Shown: in pieces, positions 46,044-58,160 of the stretch | How positions within the stretch are numbered: position 1 is the first letter of the stretch | Layout of the letters: each line of letters opens with the position of its first letter | DNA from: the human T2T-CHM13v2.0 reference genome, Homo sapiens | Length of the DNA: 64,000 nucleotides | Strand: one strand, 5' to 3' | NCBI RefSeq assembly: GCF_009914755.1 | Contig: NC_060928.1 | The notes under the pieces: model-generated | Database searches by the model: none | What the model saw: the letters and a program-made list of their open reading frames with translations, nothing else | Told to the model about the DNA's origin: nothing | Translations under genes and position numbers: made by a program

Positions 46044-46303
46044 CTTTTTTCTTTTTCTTTTTTTTCTCTTTTGAGACAGGGTGTCACTCTGTTGCCCCCA
46101 GCTCAAGCGATTCTCCCACCTCAGCCTCCTGAGTAGCTGAGAATATCAGCACGCGCCACCAAACTCAGCCAATTTTTGTATTTTTTGTAGAGACGGGATT
46201 TTGCCATGTTACCCAGGCTGGTCTCAACTTCCAGGCTCAAGCCATCCTCCCACCTCAGCCTCTCAAAGTGGTGGGGTTGTAGGAAAGAGCCACTGTGCCA
46301 GCC
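46044..46303 (-). mobile_element. Alu (AluJ) with internal deletion
   Basis: Antisense; TSD AGATCTGTTT. Confidence 0.9.
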
Positions 46304-46589
46304 CAAGATCTGTTTTCTCTGGTGCTTTCAGCAGAGCCTACAAACACACAGGGCTCCCCAATCTTCCCTTAATCTCTTGCCTCTTCCCCCTCTTTCCTCA
46401 TACCACCAAACCTGAAAACTTTCCAAGGAATAAATCCCTGGGCCTACCTCTTCACTTCTAATGTATTGTTCAACCCACTACATTCTGAATTCTGGCCCCA
46501 CACACTGTGTATGTGTGTAGTGGGTGTGTAGGTGTGACAATATGTGTTTAAAGTTACCAAAGACTTGCAGGTTTAGGGACGTGAGATAT

Positions 46590-46775
46590 TACAGTAATTA
46601 AGCACAGGGGCTATGTCAAGGGTTCCAATCCCGGCATAGGATTCAAATTTTGTGCCTTCCTTGTGCCTCAGTTTCCTCATTTGCAAAATGGGGAGAACAA
46701 GAGTATCTACCTGGTAGAGTTCTTGGAAACATTAAATGAGCTACTGTATATAAAGAATTTAGAACTTTGGTAGAC
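46590..46775 (+). mobile_element. MIR SINE
   Basis: GTGCCTCAGTTTCCTCATTTGCAAAATGGGG core. Confidence 0.75.
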
Positions 46776-46880
46776 GTTGTCAGTTCTTATGATTACAAAC
46801 TCCCGCTGATGCTTTTCTGCCCTTATCTTATTTGACCTCCCTATGAGATATGATACAGTTGAACACTCCAGCTTTCCTGA

Positions 46881-47244
<364 letters not shown>

Positions 47245-47431
47245 CCTTTATGGGGTACTCTCTGCCTGTCCCTTACGGGTATTCCCCAAGGAGAGGACAT
47301 CTTTCCTCTGTTTTCTTTGCAATGTACATTTTATCCAGAGTGACCTCATGCAAATCTGAGGCTGCAGTCCCCTCTCTGCAGCCTGGTCCTGTGCTGAGCC
47401 CCAGGCTTCCATATCTAGTGTTAAGAAGTCT

Positions 47432-48860
<1,429 letters not shown>

Positions 48861-48984
48861 CTGGAACGAAGACCATACATTATCTCCTTTCAGACTCACA
48901 AACTGTGAAGTGGTTATTGTTAGTATAGAATCTAACCGGGGGATTGTATTAATCTATTCATTTCTTCAACTTTATGGACAAAAG

Positions 48985-49520
48985 ACTTGCAGATGATTGC
49001 TGAAAACCAAGAAAAGCTATTAAAAAGCAAACTTGAAAAGGATTATACTCTTGTTGTAGTAATTCCACCCCTGGTTAGGAATGCATACTTAATAACTAAT
49101 CAGAAGCAGGCAAGTTTTATTCACCAAGACATTAATCATCAAGTAATTTATGATAGTAAAAAAATTGGAAAAAAAAAGAGAGAAATGATTAAACACCCAG
49201 AATTATGGTACATCCATAAAATTGAACATTATACTGCCATTAAACAGTGTGTTTCCAAAGGATTTTTAGTGATCTGTAATAATGCTCATGTTATTTGTGA
49301 AAAAGCTGGATAGAAAACTGAAAATATACCAAGATCTTAAATTATGTAAAGGGAAAAAAACCTCACACATAAATAGAGAAAAAAGAAAGGAACATATTAA
49401 AACAAACTCTTCAGTGATTGTATCTTGAGTGCCTTTTTTGTTTTTTATAATTTTTGGTATTTTCCAAATTTTCTACAATAAGCATCTTTTACAGTCAGAA
49501 ATATAATAAAATATTTTCAA
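48985..49520 (+). mobile_element. Old L1 (L1ME-like) 3' fragment
   Basis: ATTATGGTACATCCATAAAATTGAACATTATACTGCCATTAAA; the ORF 48987..49313 resembles a decayed L1 ORF2 C-terminus. Confidence 0.6.
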
Positions 49521-49549
49521 GTTCGAGATTTTAGCTGTGTTAGTTGTAT

Positions 49550-50115
49550 TTGTGTGGCATTATTACTCTTTCTTCTGTTGATGGTGCATCAATTTTTCTT
49601 TGGGGATGCACCCTTCCCCATCTCAGGCCTCTGGTGTGAAGTGGATCCCTGACCCCGGCTTCAGGGGTGGGCACATGACTCAGACATGGCCAATCAGCAT
49701 ACTCCATCCCTCTGGCTCCTTCCCAATGGGCACATGACTTAAGCCAGGTCAGTGAGACTCGGTTTCTCCCATAAACTTTTACAGGAGATGTTTATGGGGG
49801 CAGGAAAACTCTACTTCCGTTGGTACTAGTGAGCTGTAAGCCTAGAGCTGCCCTGAGTGTATACAAGGTTGGCAAAACAACACAGGAAAGTATTGAGGAT
49901 AAAGGTGGAGGAAAGTGTACGTGCACTTGTGCACACATGCATCCACACACACTCGCCCTTCAAGTCCTGATAACTTTGAGTCCTTGGATCTAGGAAAGTC
50001 TGAAACACTATTGTCCCTGGACTTTCTGGTTATAAGAGCCAATACATTTAGGCTTCTTTGTTTGCTTGCTTAATTTAAGCTGCTTCTATAAGTTGCAATC
50101 GAGAGTCCTTGCTAA
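49550..50115 (+). mobile_element. Old MLT1 (K/L-like) LTR
   Basis: GGGTGGGCACATGACTCAG...GGCCAATCAG...GCCAATACATT...TTGCAATCGAGAGTCCT. Confidence 0.6.
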
Positions 50116-52309
50116 AAGAATTATGAAAACAATGAAATACATAAAGCACAATCCCTGAACATGCCCAGGACTATCACAAAATACAGTATAGAATTAATCC
50201 ATACATCCTACCTGAGATATAAAACATTTCCATCATTGCCAATGTTCCATTGGACACTGCTGATCTATAATATAGTTCCTTATATATTACAGCATATATG
50301 TCCACTCATAGTGCCTTATATATATGCTTCCTTTCTTTATGTAACAGGCAGTGGGTATTATTAAAAACAGCTAACAACCCTAAAGGTACAAGTACTGGAG
50401 GCTCTCTGTTGTGGCCAGCATTAAAATTTTAATTCCTGGATCTAAGGAGATTTAGCGTGTCTCAAGGTTGGGCTGGGAGATATTTTAGGGTATGGTTTTT
50501 TTTGTAATCAGTACAGAAGGATTTCAATATTGTGTCAACCAATAAGGCCAAATTGGTGTGTACTGGCTGAACATAAGCTCTGTTAGCAGATATTATAGTT
50601 TCTTACTTGAGTACCTATTTTCCCTGCTGGACTGTGAATTCCCCTAGACAGAGACTTTGTCTTACTCATTTATGTGGGTCTTATGCCTACCTAGGTGCTC
50701 AAAAGATATTTGCTGAATGAAAAACAGGAATGACAGTCCAACATGGTATAACTCCCTATTCAGTTTTTTTTTTCCTGATAGAAGTTCCGTGCCTAGAATT
50801 AAATTGCAATATGGTCTCTTTTCACCCACTCTTTTGAAGATGTTATCCTCTCCAATATCAGCTGATTGAAGAAGAAAATTGTAAATTTTCTCTCTCAGGC
50901 ATAATGTTGATATTTTAACTCATAGTGATTTTTTCTCAATACAAAATGAATTTTAGAAATAAATCAAGATCCCAGAAACTTATGATTGCTTTGAGTGGTA
51001 TCTTTTATCTGTCATCCTAAGAAAAACATGAGATCTGATGGCCCAGAGCACAGAGACCTTTTGTATTTCAGTTCTCCTACAGCCGCATGACTCGAACCTT
51101 TTGCTGGGAGATTGGGATGTAGGTCCCCATACTTGATTATAAGGACTGTGAGGGCAGGGGCCACATCTGCATATCTGTCTATTAATAATAGTACTCCTGG
51201 TACCTAGCTCCTCCTTGCTTCACAGCAGACACTAAACAAATGCTTGCTGAGTGAGTAAATACTTACATTTAAAGAGAGGCAATTATACACATTGATCATT
51301 TGATCACCCTCTAGCACTGATAATTTTTAAGTGATTAGCTTTAAAAATCATTTTTCTTACATCAACCTGGGTCCTCACACTATTAAACAACAGGAGAGCT
51401 TTCAATATTAAATGAAGTGGGGCAGCTGGGCAACTGTAAATTTTGGATGATACTTCAGAGAAGAGTCTAGGTGTATCTGTTCTATCCCTTTTTCTGATGG
51501 GCATCTGCCATTTATTTTTCCATTCTTAAGCTCTCAGGAGGGATGTCTTATTAGTTTATCAGAATGCATAGGGAAAGCTCATCTTTCTTGGAGTAGGTCT
51601 TCCAATAAGTGTTCAAGCCCTGGGTCTTCCCTCACTACAATAATAAACATACCTGCTCTACCCTCCTCACAAAGCTGTTATCGTGAGCATGAAAAGACGA
51701 GTCGCTGTGGGGAAGAACTATTAACCCCTATACAGATACTGTTGTTGCTTTCCGTTCAAGGATCCACCATGAGACTGTGGGTAAGGCACTTTCTGGGCAG
51801 TGAAATCGGGCTTAAGAGAATCATTGTACTTTTATTTTGCTCCTGGGACCGGCAAGGGCAGTTAAGAGCCCTAGCCCTAAAACTGTCGTCTGTTACAGAG
51901 GCAGAGAAATCATTACTGGGGTTGGCAGCGTTGGGGGGAGGGGGGAAAACGTGTATGAAAACCTGGGCTCCCAGAGCAAACTTCGCCACGCGCCCTCCAT
52001 CGCCCCTGTCTCCACACAAGTCCCGGCAGGGGCTTCTTGGGCGGAGGCCACGCCGACCAATAGGAACCCACTGTGTTCCTACAGGTTACGAAGCAGGTGG
52101 AGAAATTGAGCAGAAACAATTAGCGAAACCGGGCTCAGCCTTTACCGCGGTGCCAGGAGCTCCTAACAGGCCTGGAGGGGAATGTCGGGGCTCAATTTCC
52201 TAACGCTCCCCTCCCCATCCCCATGCCACCTCCACGAGCAGCGGCGTCCAGCCTCCTCCCGCCCGAACGTGCTCGAGGGGCGGGCAGTCGACCTTTATTG
52301 TCTGGGGAG

Positions 52310-52322
52310 CACCTGGCAGGTG
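52310..52322. promoter_or_regulatory. KIT: Inverted double E-box CACCTG-G-CAGGTG
   Basis: Seen directly; occupancy is inferred. Confidence 0.5.
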
Positions 52323-52574
52323 GCGGGCCCGTGCCCTAACGTGTGCGTGGTGCCCAGCTTCACAAAGCGAGCGGGCAGCACCTCCTTGGTCCGGGAACGG
52401 CCTCAGCCTGGCCGTCCACATCCCAGGGGTGGAAAGGTGGAGAGAGAAAGGGGCTCCGGAGTCAAGAGCGGGGAGAGAGGGCGCGCGCGCCCTCCTCCTC
52501 CCGGCGGGCACGGCCCCCCGGCATTAACACGTCGAAAGAGCAGGGGCCAGACGCCGCCGGGAAGAAGCGAGACC

Positions 52575-52595
52575 CGGGCGGGCGCGAGGGAGGGG
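52575..52595 (+). promoter_or_regulatory. KIT: G-quadruplex c-kit2
   Basis: Exact sequence CGGGCGGGCGCGAGGGAGGGG. Confidence 0.95.
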
Positions 52596-52596
52596 A

Positions 52597-52618
52597 GGCG
52601 AGGAGGGGCGTGGCCGGC
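52597..52618 (+). promoter_or_regulatory. KIT: G-quadruplex kit* containing the Sp1 GC box GGGGCGTGG (52605-52613)
   Basis: Exact sequence GGCGAGGAGGGGCGTGGCCGGC. Confidence 0.9.
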
Positions 52619-52624
52619 GCGCAG

Positions 52625-52646
52625 AGGGAGGGCGCTGGGAGGAGGG
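52625..52646 (+). promoter_or_regulatory. KIT: G-quadruplex c-kit1
   Basis: Exact sequence AGGGAGGGCGCTGGGAGGAGGG. Confidence 0.95.
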
Positions 52647-52668
52647 GCTGCTGCTCGCCGCTCGCGGC

Positions 52669-52755
52669 TCTGGGGGCTCGGCTTTGCCGCGCTCGCTGCA
52701 CTTGGGCGAGAGCTGGAACGTGGACCAGAGCTCGGATCCCATCGCAGCTACCGCG
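52669..52755 (+). other. KIT: KIT exon 1 5' UTR (start approximate; multiple TSS expected, ~52669-52700)
   Basis: ATG-free leader TCTGGGGGCTCGG...GATCCCATCGCAGCTACCGCG matching the KIT mRNA 5' end as I recall it. Confidence 0.8.
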
Positions 52756-52822
52756 ATGAGAGGCGCTCGCGGCGCCTGGGATTTTCTCTGCGTTCTGCTC
52801 CTACTGCTTCGCGTCCAGACAG
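52756..52822 (+). CDS. KIT: KIT receptor tyrosine kinase (CD117, stem cell factor receptor), coding part of exon 1 (signal peptide)
   Basis: Translates to [22 protein letters not shown](G), the human KIT N-terminus; 67 nt, phase-1 donor CAG|GTGGGA at 52822/52823; preceded by the c-kit G4 motifs. Confidence 0.99.
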
Positions 52823-55339
52823 GTGGGACACCGCGGCTGGCACCCCGACCGTGCGACTACTCGGCGAAGCCTGTGCCCGGGAGGGTGGTACCCGCCAGGG
52901 TGCATCCGGAGAGAGGACTGCGGGCCCTCAGTGCCCGTGCGTTCCAGCCTCCGGGGAGACTCCAGGTGGCCCTCGGACTCTCCGGCGCCCTGCCTCGCTC
53001 ACCTGCGCGAGGAGACCCCAGCTGCTGGTGGTGGGGGACGCGAATCCGGGGTTCTTCGGGAATGGGGACAGCAAGAGGGGGTTAGGCGTGAGCGAGGCTG
53101 CAGGCTGCGTGCGAGTTTGGGGTGGCTTTTGTGCCGACGTTGCGCGGGGGGCGGAGGCGGGGGGCTCAGGGGTTTGCACCGAGCGCCTTCTCTTGCCGTG
53201 CGAGGCGCGGCCGCAGCTTCCTTTTGTTAAAAGTTGCGTGTGTGTGACCGGCGCCCGGGAGGACCTGCCTGCAGGTTCTCCGCCGCGCTGAGGGCAAAGT
53301 TAGAGAGCCCTTTCTCTGCTCTGCGGCTACTGCCTTCCAACCGCAGGCGCTCTTTGTGCCCAGAGCTGGGGACCGACCCGCTGCCGCCTCTGCTCGCGGC
53401 GCCACCCGTGGAGACCAATCGAAGGCTGCGGCGTTTCCCCGCCTCCGGGTTAGGCTTTTGCGCTGGGAGTGCGCGGCGTGGGGCTGTTGTGGGGCCGGAC
53501 TCCCGCGAGCCTGGAGGTGGTGGCGACAGGGACAACTTGGGCAGGGCGTGTGGAAAGCAGCCGCTAGGTTGCAGACTTTTTGCTTTCGTACATCCCGTGC
53601 TCGCCCCTTTCTGCCGCGGCGCCGTTTCATTCCTGCCGCGCGCCCCGGGGCGGCTGGAGGCTGTGTTTGCCGCCTGCTCCGGGAAGGCAAGGGACAGCGT
53701 GCTGGGACTCTGCGTTCCCTGACTCCGACCGCCTAGCACGCCGGCCAGAGTGCCCGGCCTGCCTGGCGGGTTCTGAAAGCCCCTAGTTCCCGGTGTCTGC
53801 GACCTGTATTCGCAGGTCCTGTTTTCTTCGGAAATTTTTGAGATTCGTGACCGCCCGCCTCCCCGCCCCCGGGACTTCTATACTTCAGGGCTGCCTGGGG
53901 GTGGGGTGGGAGATGGCGTGGAACTTTCTGCAAATCCTACTCAGTTCTTAAAGCTATAACAGAAATCCAGGTATATCCGCGCGGGAACTGGGTCTTAGGT
54001 GAAGGATTTGCAGGTTGCTGGAGCCCCTTGGTCAGATTCCTGCCTCCCGTTCCCTTTTTTCCAGGTGTCGCTGGTGCGGGCGAGTGCAGGTCGCCCAGCT
54101 CACCCCTGAAGCCCTGCTATCTCCCAGGTCATTTTTTAAAACAAACCTTTAAGGTTACCCTGATGATGTAAGGATAGAAAGTGAGTCTTAGCTGGAATCA
54201 AGCGCTTGAAAGGAAGCGGCGCAATGAACGGTTTTGAGACTGTCGACTACCGGTCAGTTTCTCTATAAAGTCTCCAGGCGCAGTCTGCAGCGTCCTGGAC
54301 TTGTAACTATTGTGAGGGCTTTCCTGTGGGGGGCAGAGAGGCCTTGCATCTGGACCCCTGTGCAGCAGGAGGGGTCAGCAGGGGTCACGAGGGAGTGTTC
54401 GGATTCCCTGGAGGATTTGATCACCTAGCTTAAAACAACACATCTGGTCTTTATGTTTTTGTGCCTTGACCTTTTTAATATCAGTTAAGCTATGTGAACT
54501 AGACCCTAGTAGGAGACTAGAAAGACCACATCGAATATCTCCCTTTTAAAAAATTAAAAGAATCAATGGTTTTCTTCTCCCCAATAGATTTTTGGCAAAG
54601 GGAATTTTAAGGTCTGTCTCCTGGGGGGGCAGTGTGGTGTAACGACAAAGCCTTGCTCTGTCCCCTGGGTTCTCGGTTTCTCTGCCATTTCTTGGCTGCG
54701 TGCCCTTGGCCAGGTTGCTTAGGGCAGGTTGCTTAAATTCTGGGAAACCCAGTGTCCTCCAGAGTACAAGGAGGCATCTGCATCATGAAGGATCCTTTGG
54801 GTCCAGAATTCTCCTCCAATGTTCTGAGTGTAGACTCAGCACTCTTTTTAACTATTCCCCTGGCCCCTGTCTGCCTCTTTGAAATTCCTCTGCCTCTCCT
54901 GCTCACAGGGAAGTCATAGAGTATGGGTGCATCTGACCGGTCTGCCCCTGACTGAAGCAAGGAGCTGTGGCTTATGCTTACTGCCCTTCAATTCCCATAT
55001 ATTCCTCTGCATTGCCCTTTGAGGGCCCCCGCCCCCCAAGTATTACAGCTCCTGTGCCTAACAGGATGAACCTGCTAGGAATAGTGAATCATACCTTCCC
55101 CGTTTCGTTCCTGCAGGTGTGAGGCTGGAGTCATTCTCAGCAGCTGGACACAAGGCACTCTAAATTATTATCCTGCTGGAAATAAGAGATCCCAGATAAT
55201 TCATTTATCCCTATTCTGTTTTTTCCCCCACTCATTCCCATTTTTTTTCTCATGACTCTGTAAATCATGTAATGCTGTGCATTTATAGCATGCTTTCTAA
55301 TGGGCCTTAAGTTTCGTATGACATGTGTGGTGTACATAG

Positions 55340-55480
55340 TTGTTGCTCTTCAGTTGGAAACTATGTGCCAGGCCTTTTGCTTGGGGCTTTACCTATTTCT
55401 AGTAGTCTCAATGAGCCTAGGAAGTAGTACTATTATTACCCCTAACATTTTACAGCTGGAGAAACTGGCTAAGGATAAGC
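55340..55480 (-). mobile_element. MIR SINE
   Basis: CTATGTGCCAGGC...CATTTTACAGCTGGAGAAACTG. Confidence 0.65.
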
Positions 55481-56559
55481 CCTAAATCATCAGTGGTGAA
55501 GCCTGATGAGATTGGCTGCATGTGCCCAGCTCTATATCCATTCACATGATTCACCAGAATCTGTTGTAAGACTCATTCAAAAATATTTAATGAGTTTTTA
55601 CTATGTGCCAGGGATTGTTGGAAGTTCTGGGAATACAGGATGGCCAATGTCACTACCTTCCCAATTTTGGTGAAAAATATTTAGAATTGCGTGTCTTATG
55701 AAAGCGGATTATTTGTGGAGGGAGGATTAATTAAATTTTAGCTTGGAGGAAGGGCTGTAGGCATTTGACCCTGTGGTATGTTGGCTTAGTTGTTAGCTAT
55801 CTCATTCCAGTTAGCGTCCCTCAGAAATGAAGGTAAGCTGTTTCTAAAAGGATGATGCAAGCCAGTTAAAAATCCATCTCCCACTCCAAAACATAAAAAT
55901 GGTCTTGTGCATAGGTGTGAAAGAGAACACCCCCAATAATGGCTGATGCCATTGGCTATTTACCCTGGATAGCATGGTGAGAAATAATGACAATCTACCA
56001 TCCAAAGCCATTTTTTCTCCCAAAAGAAATTCTCATCAGAAATGTGCCAAGTATTCTGCGGGCTTCCCTTGGAGAACATTTATGTACAGATGTTGTGGTG
56101 GTGATGAATTTTGCTGCTGTTGTTGACAGCCCTTCGAAGTTACCCTTAGGGTTTTGACTCATTTCCTCAAGTCTCTTCCAGCTGATTAAAGAAGGACACG
56201 AAGAAATGAACCTCGGTGTCTCTAGCGGAATTCTCAGAGCTGGCCTGCAGTGTGGGGACCCCTTCAAGGTAGTGGTCAAGGCTGTGGCAGCTTTTTCTTC
56301 AGAATGAATGTAGTTTAAGAGTTGGCAGGCTAGGATGTGGGAAATGCTTTCTTTTGCTGCATTAATGTGCGGTAACTTTTAAAAGTTGAGATTGAATGAC
56401 ATTTGCAGGAATCCAAATATGCAAATTTCATGTGCAGTTTTGGTAACTTGAATAGATATTGCCACAGCTATAAGTCCGGATTGAAGAAGGCCTGGGGAAG
56501 AGTTAGAGGAGGTAAAAGTTTGCCTGGAGGGCAAATCCAGTGTAAATCTTTGTTGTACT

Positions 56560-56604
56560 TAGAGAGGAATTGAGTTGAGTCATAGAGAGGAATTGAGTTG
56601 AGTC
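56560..56604 (+). repeat. Tandem duplication, period 23
   Basis: TAGAGAGGAATTGAGTTGAGTC at 56560-56581 and 56583-56604. Confidence 0.95.
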
Positions 56605-57259
56605 GGCTTGGCCCAGCAGCTCTGATTTCTGACATTTTTTGGATGTGATCATACAGCTCATCTTTTGACCTAAGACTCTTAATAAGTAAAGAGCAGTTGT
56701 AATCTGATAGCCCGAGGAGACATGTTTTCTTTGGCCTACATGATGCTTTTTAGAAAACATTGAGGCGATATTAAACAATCTAGAGATTTTTTTTAAATCA
56801 AGATCTCTATTTCTGTCTCCTCTTTAAGAATTGAAGGTCATGGCCCCTGTAGATGAGGCCTGTGCTCTTCAGGTTGCATTAGGCTCTAGGGCTTTATCCT
56901 GCCATCCCTTAGGCATTCCCCACTGGGCCCTGGTGAGTGCAGGAATCCAAATATGCCCCTGGGACCAGGCAGATGACAAGTGGGAGGAGACAGGCCGGCC
57001 TACCTTGTGTTGGTCTGATGGCTTCATGACTGACAGCTTGATGGCCTTAGAGCAAATTGTTTAACCTTTTTGAGCTTTCATTGTCCATCCTAGTTTTGCC
57101 ACTTATTAGCTCTGTGACTTTCGGCAGATTACTTAACCTCTCTGTGCCAGTAAATGTGTTGCTACATGTAAAACTTTTAGAGTGGTGCCTCATAGTACAG
57201 GCTCAATATGTGTTAGCCATAATTATCTTCTGTAAAACAGGAATTATTATTGTCCCTAA

Positions 57260-57613
<354 letters not shown>

Positions 57614-57939
57614 GACAGTTTTAAAAATAAGCTTTAATTTTTTTGGTCTTGTTTTATTTAGCTTTTGATAAGAGTTAGGAAATCACTAGTCCTAGAGATT
57701 GAATAGATCTTGAACTTTTTTTTTCTCCAGGGGGGGAAAAAAAAAACTACACATCTTGTAAGATTCTCCAACATAAACATTTGTGTCTGGTACTTTTCCC
57801 ATTCATCTTATGTTTTAGCTTTCATGCTTACATTTTGGTTATGACCCACTTTTGTTAGACATCTTCCCATGCATACCTTTCTGACAGGTTTTCAACATTT
57901 TTGCAAAATTTAAGGTTTAAGCCAAATTATTATTCAGGA

Positions 57940-58160
57940 CATGTGGCATCAGTTAATTACGAGCTTGGGCTCTGAAATTGACACCCTGGATTTTTATTCC
58001 AGTTCTGCCTCTTCCCTGCTGTGTGCTCTGGGACAAGACACTTAACCTCTCCTTAAGCTTCATTTCCTCATCTGTAAAATGGAGATGATGACATAGGGCC
58101 CCTGCGAGGATTAAATGAGATTCTGCATGTAATATGCTTAGCATAGTGCCCCGCATAGAG
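57940..58160 (+). mobile_element. MIR SINE
   Basis: TTTCCTCATCTGTAAAATGG...GAGGATTAAATGAGA...GCTTAGCATAGTGCC. Confidence 0.85.

Larger units (their letters stand above)
51980..53880. promoter_or_regulatory. KIT: KIT promoter CpG island (TATA-less, GC-box rich)
   Basis: Abrupt high GC and CpG density spanning exon 1, against CpG-depleted flanks; boundaries by eye. Confidence 0.92.

Noticed and set aside
49913-49952. Alternating purine-pyrimidine stretch (possible Z-DNA)
   Set aside because: Short, interrupted and inside an old LTR
52182-53291. 369-aa ORF across the promoter and exon 1, plus overlapping ORFs to ~53930
   Set aside because: Arg/Gly/Pro/Ala-rich translation of a CpG island where stop codons are scarce; starts upstream of the usual TSS, out of frame with KIT, no recognisable domain
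53381-53412. CTCF-like motifs in the CpG island (also ~12045 and ~54620)
   Set aside because: Several mismatches at core consensus positions; cannot be supported by eye
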